A stretch of 32,412 nucleotides of DNA, taken from the NCBI RefSeq assembly GCF_001194135.2, contig NC_068991.1, positions 31,418,747 through 31,451,158 on the forward strand, written 5' to 3'. Below are positions 10,875 through 22,710 of this stretch, piece after piece (the first letter of the stretch is position 1; every line of letters starts with the position of its first letter). The DNA is from Octopus bimaculoides. Its lineage: Eukaryota. Below the pieces are notes generated by a model. The model was not told the origin of the DNA, made no database searches, and saw only the letters and a program-made list of their open reading frames with translations. Position numbers and translations under genes: made by a program.

Positions 10875-12195
10875 TATAAGGAAACAACGTTGAGAGGAAA
10901 TGCTATAGTACACTGTATTGACTAGTAACTTATTCTAGGGAGGTGAAAAGTAATTTCGGTGGAATGTTGCTACATGGTACAGCAGAAAAAAGCCTCTCAT
11001 TTTTGTTGTTTCGATGCATATTAGCTAGCGGAATTAGGGAGGTAGTAACAGTGTCTCCATGTAACTAATGCCTTCCTAATTTATTTGGGACGTTTTTAGC
11101 AGTTACGATCATGCTTTGGACAAGTGCACACCAAGCATTTGCTATTAAATCGTTTGTCAAGCTATAAAACATTGAAGGCTTTTTGCCACACTCTGTAGGT
11201 TGTAACAGCGGTAACTATTAGTACAATGCTATGTCACTCTACATAAATAGTAGAGTGACATGTCATTCTGTCAGAGGTAGAAATAACTGTTCAGTAATGT
11301 GAAGGAACAGCAGTTCATCTGCTGCGTTATGCAGCTCGCAATGACAACTGTTGTATCTCTTAAATATATTCCACATTAAAGTATTTTCTGGATCAGTTAA
11401 AGCACAAAATTGTAAAGCGGGGCCTAATTGATTCGATAACTAAGCTGCTAATAAAAATGGAAATTAGCATCTTTCATTTATTTTAATTACTAAATGTTAT
11501 CCTTAATTCGAGGAACATGAAATATTGATTTCTTTCGCACAAGGTCACGTGATTATATATATATATATAGGATCATTTGTAGAAATACATAAATCCGGAG
11601 GAGATGCACACTCGAAGATGTAGAGCACTTAATATAGTGGGGTAGGCTGGTTTATGGGGTTATCCTGGGTTTCTCGCTCATAAGGGATTTAGCAATATGG
11701 TGTATCTTCAGTTCCCAAACACTGTTGGTCTGAGACGTCTTTAAAATATGGAGGGGGAAAAGCCTCGTTTTTAAGGTGACTATTTCCTTTTACCATTGTC
11801 CATCGATCTTCGGCCACGCTGCCATCTTGCGGTCACCAAAGCACCACGAAGGTAGACAATATATATATATATATTATTTGTTTTATATATATATATATAT
11901 TCTCCAGACAAAGGGGGCAGAGATAGATCTTGGTTTTCTTGTTTTGTTTTTTTTTTTGTTGTCGTTGCACTTTTTGCATCAAACTTCACGTTTTTCTTCT
12001 CGTTTTTTCTCATAGAGTAGCATCTTGGTTTTCAAATAGGTCCAACGGTATGCATTGAGCCTGAAAATTTGCTTGGAGAAACATGGCATGTTATATAGAT
12101 CAGCAAAATTATTGTACAGAATGAAACTATTAGGAGCCCTTTTTAAATTTTGTGTATATTAATTGATAATATATATGATTATATATGGATGTTTA

Positions 12196-12274
<79 letters not shown>

Positions 12275-12466
12275 GTCTATATGTATATATGTATCGATAT
12301 CTACATGTATCTATATATGTATGTATATATATATATATAGATGCCCCTAAAGTGACGGAGGATACTAAGTAGTACCAGCATTGCTAGAAATAAGAGTCAA
12401 AACAACTCAATAGCACTATTTTAATGCCAGACTAGGGTGACAGACTTGGGAGACAAGTTGTCATGT

Positions 12467-12777
12467 CGATACCTGCTCAAAGGCCTACGCAAAGTTGAAG
12501 AAAGTATATGGAGAGAAGTGTATGAGCCGCGCACAAATATACGAGTAGTTCAGACGTTTCCAAGGTGGTCGAAAAAGTGTCGATAGTGATGAACGTTCTG
12601 CAACCAGCAGAACTGAGAAAAACATTGCAGATGTGCGTGCAGCTGTGAAGGGAAATCGTCGAACCACCATCCATGAGTTATCAGAGGATGTGCAGATTAG
12701 TTACCGTTCAGTTCAGTCCATTATCACTGAAGATTTGGGTATATACTTGTCTGCTAAGTTTGTGCCAAAACTGCTTT
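12467..12777 (+). mobile_element. Mariner (irritans-like) transposase N-terminal fragment
   Basis: AYAKLKKVYGEKCMSRAQIYE*FRRFQGGRKSVDSDERS..NRRTTIHELSEDVQIS..SAKFVPKLL; DNA homologous to 18590-18865 (minus strand). Confidence 0.9.
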
Positions 12778-12963
12778 CGATCACACGTTACACACCTTCC
12801 TTCCAAGCACTGCTGTAAATAGCGGAAGTGAGCTAGAACGTTAAAACTTAGTGCGCATCCATAGCAGAGTTAAAGGTCAATCTGCACCAAGCGGCTTCAC
12901 TTTGCGTGCTTTAGCTTCGTTTACTATGGCAACAGTCCAGATACTTATTGATCAGACTACATA
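12778..12963 (-). mobile_element. 5' UTR and TIR of the same mariner family, in opposite orientation to the adjacent coding fragment
   Basis: Colinear with 18910-19092; ends CAGTCCAGATACTTATTGATCAGACTACA-TA. Confidence 0.9.
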
Positions 12964-13253
12964 TGTATGTGTGTAGAATTTACTTTTGCTTGCCGCTTAT
13001 TTGATTATAACATAAAAATAATTGTTTTTGTATCATTCAATTTGTGATCAATAATATCGCTAGATATAGGTTGCTAAAGAGCTAATCATTTATCACTCCA
13101 TTAGTGACAGCAACACTGATGTCTAAATGTGTGTTCAACTTTGGTTGAATAAAAGCCACAGCTATTTTTGTTCGACCCAAAGACTTATTAATTTTCTCAT
13201 CGTTGGGGACACCTTTTTTCATGTATGCACACACACGAGTGTGTGTATACATG

Positions 13254-13287
<34 letters not shown>

Positions 13288-13747
13288 TATATANNNNNNN
13301 NNNNNNNNNNNNNNNNNNNNNNNNNNNNNNNNNNNNNNNNNNNNNNNNNNNNNNNNNNNNNNNNNNNNNNNNNNNNNNNNNNNNNNNNNNNNNNNNNNNN
13401 NNNNNNNNNNNNNNNNNNNNNNNNNNNNNNNNNNNNNNNNNNNNNNNNNNNNNNNNNNNNNNNNNNNNNNNNNNNNNNNNNNNNNNNNNNNNNNNNNNNN
13501 NNNNNNNNNNNNNNNNNNNNNNNNNNNNNNNNNNNNNNNNNNNNNNNNNNNNNNNNNNNNNNNNNNNNNNNNNNNNNNNNNNNNNNNNNNNNNNNNNNNN
13601 NNNNNNNNNNNNNNNNNNNNNNNNNNNNNNNNNNNNNNNNNNNNNNNNNNNNNNNNNNNNNNNNNNNNNNNNNNNNNNNNNNNNNNNNNNNNNNNNNNNN
13701 NNNNNNNNNNNNNNNNNNNNNNNNNNNNNNNNNNNNNNNNNNNNNNN

Positions 13748-13810
<63 letters not shown>

Positions 13811-13980
13811 TCAAGTAAGTTATCTTTTAAAAAATAATGATAAGGTGACCAGCAAGCATAACCAAAATAAGCAAAATATATATTATTAAAAGTCAGGGTA
13901 CAATATGCACCTGTTTACCAGAGGGAAGTGGTAGACAGATGTCCCAACAGTTGTCATCTGTTGTATTTTACTTATAAGGC

Positions 13981-14085
13981 GTTGATCCGCCTAAGGCTAT
14001 GGAAGAAGTCACATCCTCAAAGTGCCACACAATAAGTTCGAAACGGGGACCACATAGTTGTAAACGGTCTTGACCACTTTCCCAA
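13981..14085 (-). mobile_element. Decayed SINE family A head and CORE
   Basis: AGGCTATGGAAGAAGTCACATCCTCAAAGTGCCACAC aligns to the reverse complement of family A. Confidence 0.6.
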
Positions 14086-15094
14086 ACACTTCGTGGAGAT
14101 CTCATCTGCTCTAATGATATCATTCAACGACCCCCACCGACATCACACCAGTACACTGAAACACAACATATGCTTTGCTCTTTGATGCTGCCTCCAACCG
14201 CCCAATTGAATCATTTCTCTCAACCTCTACTGCCACGTTGTATGTATGTGAATATATATATGAGTGACTGCGTATATCTTTCGCTGATGTATATCACCGT
14301 ATTATCTAAACAGACGAGAAGAATGTAAAAACTCTGCTTTACGAAGTCCCTCACGATATTTGTTCTACCTCTAGTTACAGATAATCATTTACGAAGTCAC
14401 CGTTAGAAATGCAGGGAACTTGCACTATTGTTCAGAACTGCTATATAAAGTAAATAATTCCACCCTCCTTCGGATGGATGTTGACTGTGATGAGGTCAGA
14501 ACTCAGGATGTAAATACAACTAGGCCGTTTGTCAGTTGTTCTAACGATTCTACTAATCTCCGCCATTTCAAAAAATAATGAAAATGAAGGCCATTGCAAT
14601 TTCAATGAGCAAATAACATCATAAAGAAATATTTCCTCGAGTGGAACAAAAAAATCCAGGTGTTGGGTTCGAACGAGTGATACTTGATACAGAGTGATTT
14701 GAAGTACGGCAGGAAATCGAAGCTCGGGGTGCGGTCGGTTGGTAGACTTGTCGGTTGGTCTGAACACAACATGAGGCACATCTATGTACTATACACCGGA
14801 AATTCACAATACTATCATATTTCCAGAGTCATCACGTAGCTACATTTGCAGGACTATGATAGCAGCAAAAATGAAGAAATTTCATTGTTTTAATGCATAT
14901 CGATGTCATTCTAACGTAAATGACCTCCACACTACAACCATTGTATACGTATAGCTTTGTCACTGTTGTTATTTTAGTGATGATGGTGATTGTGGCGGTG
15001 GTAGGCTGAAGTGGGGGTAAAGATATCGATATTGTTTCTGCTGTTGTTATGTCCCTCCTTTCAACTGAGTAGCATTGCTCAGAAAATTTAAATA

Positions 15095-15250
15095 TATACG
15101 TAAGGCGTTCACTTCACAACCAAGTGGTTGCTGATTCAATCCCAGTGTACATCCTTTTGAGAAAATATTTTTGTACTCTAGACTCGGGTTGATCAACAGC
15201 TTCGAGTCAAAACCGAGTAGATGGAAATTGATCAGTGGCCATCGTATATA
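15095..15250 (+). mobile_element. Decayed SINE family A 5' half
   Basis: CACAACCAAGTGGTT..CTCTAGACTCGGGTTGATCAA..GTAGATGGAAATTG..CGTATAT followed by a microsatellite. Confidence 0.6.
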
Positions 15251-15512
15251 GTATATGTATGTATGTATGTACGTATGCGTGTACACATTGTATAAATGTG
15301 TGTGTATGTTTGTGTATGCGTGTACATATTGCCTGTATCACCCACAGTGCATAGACTGTACAGTTGATCAAACTACTGGAAGATTACTCGTCGAAAACAA
15401 CGAAGAGCCATTTCTTTGCTATATGTGTGTGTATCAGTGAAATATATAAACATACACACACGCACAAACACACACACAAACACACACACGCACACGCACG
15501 CACACACGCACG

Positions 15513-15599
<87 letters not shown>

Positions 15600-15674
15600 A
15601 TATGTATATATACATAGTCTACATAGTCTACATAGTCTTACATGTGTGTGTGTTGTGTGTGGCGGGAGGGCTCA

Positions 15675-15795
15675 GTCGTTTAGATCGATCCCAATCCTTG
15701 ACTGACCATTTATTTAATCAACCCCAAATTGATGAAACAAAGTTGACATCGGTGTGTTTTGAACACAGAATTAAGAAGGTGACGGTTCTGCCAAT
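15675..15795 (-). mobile_element. Decayed SINE family B
   Basis: ATCAACCCCAAATTGATGAAACAAAGTTGACATCGG..TTTGAACACAGAA is reverse-complement-like to the family B centre. Confidence 0.65.
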
Positions 15796-15827
15796 CAACT
15801 GTCTGTTGTTGTATGTGTATTATGCTT

Positions 15828-16040
15828 GAATGTATGTATGTATGTATGTTTGTATGTATGTATGTATGTATGTATGTATGTATTTATGTATGTATGTATG
15901 TTTGTATTTATGTATGTATGTATCGTTGTATGTATGTATGTACGTATATACGTATGTATCTTTGTATGTATGTATGTATGTATGTATATAGGTAGGTAGG
16001 TAGGTAGGTAGGTAGGTAGGTACGTACGTACGTACGTACA
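15828..16040. repeat. (TATG)n-(TAGG)n-(TACG)n compound tetranucleotide array
   Basis: Direct reading. Confidence 0.95.
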
Positions 16041-16084
16041 CATATCTTTCTTGATGGCTCTATGCCTTGAGGTCGATACACAGA

Positions 16085-16775
16085 TATGGCCGAATAGCTA
16101 AGAAGTTCGCTTCACATTGCTTCGCTTCATGGATATAGACTTAGATCCCGTTGCGTAGTATCTTGAGCAAATGTCTTTTTCCATTAAGCAAAGTCAGGTA
16201 GATCCCCCAGATGAGTTGTATCTGTGCTTTGAAGAGCTACACTTGTTTACAGTGAAATGGCGTGGCCTAGTGGTTAGGGTATTGCACTCACGATCGCTAG
16301 ATGTGTTCGATTCCTGGACCGGGCGGCACGTTATGCTCTTGAACAAAACACTTCATTTTATGTTGTTCTGGCAGATGCGTTGGCACGTCGGCAGAGATGT
16401 TTTACAGTATATCTTGCAGCTCTCTGTATTCTGAGTTCAAATCTCACCTACCCGCAGAAGGCAATGGTAAACAACTCCAGTATTCTTAACAAGACTTGTC
16501 ATGGTAGCCGTCGTTCCAGAAGTCTACCTTGCTGTGGTAAGGAAAGGTACGGGCCCTCTCAGCTCATATAAAGAGTACTGGAGAAGGTTCATAGAACCTG
16601 CCGAAGGGCAGACCACCGCTTGACTGGACTAGACACACGTCACATACCGTGTCGCACTGATTCCACCTGAGAATTACTTTAAGGGGGGTTTACATGTCTC
16701 TAACACACACAATGCATTGACAGTTCTGTTAATCAAACAACTGGAACACTAATCTTCGAAACCAACGAAGATCCA
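16085..16775 (+). mobile_element. Cluster of same-strand SINE heads (A ~16085-16195, C ~16258-16360, B ~16365-16447) plus RTE/BovB-like and retroposon 3' sequence
   Basis: TGGCGTGGCCTAGTGGTTAGGG..GTTCGATTCC (A/B boxes); ATTCTGAGTTCAAAT; GAAGGCAATGGTAAACAACTCCAGTATTCTT. Confidence 0.65.
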
Positions 16776-17360
16776 TTTACTTACTATATGTGTATATGCC
16801 AGTGATATATATGAACATCGGCGACAAAATCGGCACATCAATGAAGATATAAAAGCATAAAACTTCCTCCTAATTGGTTCGAGAGAAATCTATATTCAGC
16901 AACGTCATCTTCCCATGATGCACCACATAAAATTGAAATAAATGTTCGCTGTGGTCAAGAGCCATACAATAGATCAATGAGTTACTGATCCCTGTCTTAA
17001 CGTTAGCACTGTGCTATGTTTGTAGCCGAAACATCTAACTCAAATCAACCAGTTTAATTATTTCACCCGTCACAACTATAGTACTATTGCCATGATTCTT
17101 TGCGACATACTACAATGTTCATGAACGACTCAGTATTACCACACTTCGTTTATTCAACCGGAAGGTCATGAAACATTAATTGGATTACAGTATCAATGGG
17201 ATACTACAGTTCCAAATCCAGCATTAACAACCAATATGGAGACAAGAAACATCTTTAATAACTAAAAATTTTCGCGGTGAAAATAGTCTATTCCAGTATA
17301 TATCAGAAAAACTGCTACTTATTTGCACACATATACACTAAAGGCACACCCATCTCTATA

Positions 17361-18111
17361 TGGATCTTTTCGGTTCGGCTGTCAGTATTTCAAAAAATTA
17401 AAGTTAACCGAACATTTTTTAATTTGGCACAATAATACACTTGCCCAAACTGAATTGCTGAAGTTATTTCATTTTTTTTTCAGAAAAAAATGTTTTTAAA
17501 AAGTTATAGTGGTTTAAAGTTTGATCATTTTCACCCAGTTGGGAAACAGGATTTGGAAGCTATAATTTTTTTTTTTTTTTGTGTTTAACTGCACATTTTG
17601 TCGTCAACATCCTGAAAATAGCACGTGTTGTCAATATTTCTAAACAACACGTGTTATGTCTCTGGTAATTATTCTTCATGTAAATAAACGTTTATGTTAA
17701 TTTAAATCTCTGAGCGAGATGTTGGCAAATAAACTTTTATTTAAAAGATTTATCCAAAAAATCTTATTTAGCTGTTATTTTTAGCACACCTCACAAGCAC
17801 CTCAATGCTCAATGACAAAAAGACTTCTGTCAACACGTGCTTCCTCGCAGACTTTTCAAAGACTGTTACTATGGCAACAGGCAAAAAAGTTCTCATGTTC
17901 CGCTTGTTACTATCGAAACAGACATGAATGTGTCTGCGGCTTACGATTGACTAAAATTACCAAAATTTTCAAACTTTAAATACTCTTTATTTATTGATTT
18001 ATAGTGAAATTACTTTCACGTCATTAATTAGCCTATAAAAGTGAATCATTATACGGAATATGAAATCAATTCCAATAGAATTGATGCTGGCAGCCAAACA
18101 GAAAAGATCCA
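17361..18111. mobile_element. 751-bp MITE with 28-bp TIRs and TA TSD (Tc1/mariner-like, non-coding)
   Basis: Left TGGATCTTTTCGGTTCGGCTGTCAGTAT vs reverse complement of right TGGATCTTTTCTGTTTGGCTGCCAGCAT (24/28); TA on both sides; internal inverted 12-mer TTTAAAGTTTGA at 17513-17524 and 17969-17980. Confidence 0.85.
17865..17919. promoter_or_regulatory. Paired RFX X-box-like motifs inside the MITE
   Basis: GTTACTATGGCAAC (17865-17878) fits GTHNYYATRRNAAC; GTTACTATCGAAAC (17906-17919) has one mismatch; function untested. Confidence 0.4.
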
Positions 18112-18247
18112 TACATATACATATATACACACATACACACATACGTACATACATACATGCATACATACATGCATACATACATACATACATAAAAGCATAC
18201 ATATATATATGAATATGCGTGTGTACATATGCATATATACATATATA

Positions 18248-19092
18248 CGAGGTCTGATCAATAAATATCCGGACTGGTGCTATAAAAACTAAACTACAAT
18301 ACGTACCAATTTGGCTTTTTTTCTCCTTCAAAGTAGTCTCCTTCGGAAGCCACACACTTAATCCAGCGCTGTTTCTACTCATGGAACTCGTTTTCTGGGA
18401 TAATCAGCAGCTGCCTCGTCGTATTCACTTTGATTTCCTCGACATCCTGGAATCTTTGATTTTTAGAAATAGGAAAAAGTCGCAAGGAGAAAGATCTTGG
18501 AAATACGACAGCTGTCGGACCTGGGGAATGCTGTGCGTAGCCAAAAACTGATACACAAGCTGCCCTGAATGGGCAGGTGCGTTGTCAGCAGTTATGGTAC
18601 AAACTTGGCAGACACGCGCCTCATACCCAAATTTCCGGAGATAATGAACTGAACTGAACAGTAACTAATCTGCGCATCCTCTGATAACTCACGGATGGTG
18701 ATTCGACGATTTCTCCTCACAGCTGCACGCATATCTGTGATGTTTTTCTCAGTTCTGTTGGTTGCAGGTCTCCCAGAACGTTTGTCACTATCGACATTTT
18801 TTCGGTTCATACACTCCTCTCAATACTGTTTCTGAAACTTTGCGTTGGCCTCTAAACAGGTATCGTCAGGCTTTGGGCAAAATTTGAGGCAGATTCATGG
18901 TCAATGCGACGATCACACGCTACATAAATTCCTTCAAAACACTGCTGTAAACATCGGAAGCGAGCCAGACCGTTAAAACTTAGTGCACATACGCACAGAG
19001 TTCAAGTTCAATCTGTGCCAAGCGGCATCACTCTGCGCGCTTTAGCTTTGTTTCTATGGCAACAGTCCGGGTACTTATTGATCGAATCTGAT
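18248..19092 (-). mobile_element. Internally deleted non-autonomous mariner (irritans-like), ~845 bp
   Basis: TA-CGAGGTCTGATCAATAAATATCCGGACTG TIR and degenerate partner at 19063-19092; minus-strand SAKFVP*LL fused to DNAPAH..YFQDLSPCDFFLF..RWIKCVASEGDYFEG. Confidence 0.9.
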
Positions 19093-19214
19093 GAATTTTT
19101 CTTCCAATAATAAACGTCTCAATTTTACGAGTTTGTTTCCTTCTATATCTTGTCTTTTATTACATACGTCTATATACATACATCTATATACATACATGTA
19201 TATATTTTATATAT

Positions 19215-19253
<39 letters not shown>

Positions 19254-19339
19254 TATATCTATATATATATATATACATATACATTTGATGCGTGTTAGTC
19301 TTGATTCCAGCCGCCTTGCTGTCTACTTGCACTTTCTTA

Positions 19340-19430
19340 CGACATAAAAGTCAGCTGTATGTACGGGACGTTAATGATTGCTTTACTCTCTTCCATGACA
19401 AACAGCAAGCGCAATATTTATTATTGTTCT
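19340..19430 (+). mobile_element. Penelope-like RT catalytic-motif fragment
   Basis: LYVRDVNDCFTLFHDKQQAQYLL resembles the PLE motif YxRYVDDxF. Confidence 0.55.
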
Positions 19431-19788
19431 CACAGACGAAAGAAATACATATTAAATGCGTGTATATGTATGCGTGTGAAACTATACTATTAGTTAATAT
19501 AGCACTATCAGTTACTAACGGAAACCTATATTTCTGACAGGAATGAACAATTCTAGTCTTGGGATCAGAACGTACAGGAGAAACAACTCTTCGTGGTTTG
19601 GTTACCAGAACTTGGCGAAAACCTTATTGTTTTGGTTGAAATAGTTATAAAGTAATAAATTAAAGAATATATTGAAAAACCACAATAGTAAATAAATAAA
19701 TACATAAAATAATGAAGGACGTCTCACATTATGAACAAAATATAAAAAAAGGAAGTGTGGCCAAAATAGTAATTTTGTGTGTGTGTGT

Positions 19789-19831
<43 letters not shown>

Positions 19832-20326
19832 CGTGTGTGTGTGTGTGTTTTTTTAATGTATATATGCATAGGTTATTAACTATTTTAAATTTTTATTTTA
19901 TTTAACAGAATGTTACTAACCGTTGTGGTAGAACTTCGTATATAGGGTGTATTTTATGTCTCGTGTGCAGTTTGTATGTAAGCGCTTTCGTTTCTCAACT
20001 TTTCAAACTCACGTGTTCCGAACTAATGCATGAAGAGGAAGTTGTAATTTTCTCTTTTCGTTTTTTTTTTTTTTTGTTATGGTGTTAACTATTTCCGGTT
20101 TACTTCCGAGTTTAGAATTCTTATAAAATATTCTTCTTTTGCTTTTTGTAGTTGATCATTTTTATCTTATATTTTGTAAAAAAAGAATATTTTGAATTTT
20201 CCATTTGCACAAATGTATTGATGCTTACCATCATTGAAAAGATAAATCTTTAGTTTGTTTTTCATGCACGTTTACATCACAAGAATGTGATGACTGATAT
20301 AGAATTGAGAGGTATCGTTTGGCTCA

Positions 20327-20580
20327 ATATATGATGTTGACAATAAATTTTATCTACGAGTGCAAGGCACAGCGATGGTGACAAAAATCACAGCAACGTT
20401 TGCAACACTTGTAATGGGGCACCTGGAATAAAAAATCTTTACATTGTCCAGAACTACTTTTGATAATCATTTCCAAACCTATTTAATAGTGAACTAGAAA
20501 AGATTCTTGGCTGACTGCTTCATATTTCGGAACAAAAGTAAGGAAGATATCACAAGAATCCTTACATTAAAAAACAGCAG
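20327..20580 (+). mobile_element. Penelope-like RT fragment, pseudogenised
   Basis: DNKFYLRVQGTAMVTKITATFATLVMGHLE* then, after a frameshift, *KRFLADCFIFRNKSKEDITRILTLKNS (PLE motifs GTAMG and RFLDDCF). Confidence 0.85.
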
Positions 20581-20814
20581 GATGTCTTCTTCTACAACCT
20601 TGCTACCAAGCAGGTGGCCTGTCAAAATTAACTCTGAATAAAAAAGAGAAAAGGAAAACATATATATAGACATGTATGCACACATGCATATATGCAGTGT
20701 GGTGATGTCTACTTATCAAAAGTAGGCTTAGTCAGCCGAAACGCTGTCATGGATATCAAGCATATTCTCTCATGCACTTTGTATAACAGGGTTTGTGGGC
20801 CAACCAGAGAACTT

Positions 20815-21158
<344 letters not shown>

Positions 21159-21572
21159 AAAAGACATTCCTCTATTTTAATCAAGAAGCTCAATAAAAAT
21201 ATCTTTTGAAATTCAAGTCGCCATTTTGTGTGTTTTGCTCCGGTTTTTATGACGCCATTAGCCGTATTCAGAATCTTCTTGTATTTTATTGTTGATTCTT
21301 ATTTCAAGTATAAAGAGGAGGCATCTTCTTGACAAACGTTTTCCTCTTGTCTCAATCATTTCTTTGTATATATATATATATGTGTGTGTGTGTATTAATT
21401 CTTTGTTCTTTTGTTATTACATGTGTGTGTATTTATATTGTATTAGATTTATCGTTGAATTTGTGACGTAGTATGTGTGTGCGTGTTTGTAATGTTATAT
21501 ATATGTGCATGTGAGGTTATTTCTGTGTTTGAATGCTTGTGTAGTTGTGTGTGTGTTTGTCTGTGTGCGTGT

Positions 21573-21606
<34 letters not shown>

Positions 21607-22044
21607 CTATGTGTGTGTGTGCGTGTCAAAATCTGTTTGTGGGTGTATATGTGTGCGCATGTGCTTGTTAAGCTGCATGTATGTCACTATGTATGTTCAT
21701 GGATGTATTTATCTGTATGTGTATTTGTGTATGTGCGTTTGTTAAATAGAAATATTTCTGTCACTTTTACATTTCTAAAACATCTTCGACCGTCGCATAT
21801 ACAGAAATAGACGTACGTACGTATAAATAATCACACAATCATAGAAAAATACGACCATGCACACAACCGCTTAGATGCTTACATATACGCATACACAATG
21901 TCACACATTTATACAGCATGTGACGCACATGTAAAATATACATTTAAAGCCCATGCCTAGGTATGTATTGTTATTACAATAGTTATTTATGCACCGCTAT
22001 TAAGTTATTCATTCTGTCGACGAGTGAGATGCAATTAATGTAGA

Positions 22045-22570
22045 CTAATTTAGTTATATTGTTTCTTTTAGTCTCAAAGAAACAAATGATTCATTAGTCT
22101 TAATCGATATATGTAATCAAGATATTTTCCCTTTTTACTGATAACATAATTCCATCTATTTGGCAAATTATTTATTGATCGAGCATAAAATTCTTCAGGT
22201 TTCGAAGCAAAGAAACACTCAATATAGTTCTTAACCTCACCATAATTGATAAACTGTTCTCCTTGTTAATAATGGTGCAATGTTCTGGAAAGATAATAAA
22301 TTAGATGAAGTAAGATCAGAAGAGTAAGAAGAATGCGGCAGAACTACTAAATTTAGTGCCATAATCCTTTCTGTAGTGATTTGGTCGAAATGTGATTTTG
22401 CTTTATTATGTAAGAGCAGCAGCTCTTTCCGATTGACCAATAACGGTCGCTCTTTCTCCAAAATTTTCTGCTATGCTTCCAGTTGATGACAATACTATCC
22501 TGGATTAACAATTTCATTTAGTGTAACACGACTGAATAGATAACAGAAAAGATTTTTCGCGCATAGTGCT
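22045..22570 (-). mobile_element. Mariner transposase C-terminal half
   Basis: EKERPLLVNRKELLLLHNKAKSH..VLPHSSYSSDLTSS..ECFFASKPEEFYARSINNLPNRWNYVI. Confidence 0.85.
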
Positions 22571-22710
22571 GGTTTGAGTATGGTTACTCTTTTATTTTTA
22601 TTATTGGTACTAACCATTGTCATTTTCGTTCGATATAACCATACCGAACCCGCCTTTCATTGCTTGCGATGATTCCTACCCAAGAAAGGTTCGGTCGCAA
22701 AATTGCTTTT

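Noticed and set aside
10910-10975. Possible inverted SINE B remnant next to 10658-10874 as a dsRNA substrate
   Set aside because: Too diverged to form a stable duplex; the assignment itself is uncertain.
11110-11165. MLWTSAHQAFAIKSF, reminiscent of a Tc1/mariner-like transposase N-terminus
   Set aside because: Too short, with no TIR or downstream domain to support it.
14660-14680. B-box-like GGGTTCGAAC suggesting a tRNA gene
   Set aside because: No A-box at proper spacing and no cloverleaf.
14441-14779. 112-aa non-repetitive ORF and a short plus-strand frame (MDVDCDEVRTQD...)
   Set aside because: No recognisable motif or consistent splice structure; a length that can occur by chance.
16860-17255. 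Protein-like short frames (LPPNWFERNLY..., QPEGHETLIGLQYQW...)
   Set aside because: Interrupted by stops, weak splice sites, no family recognised.
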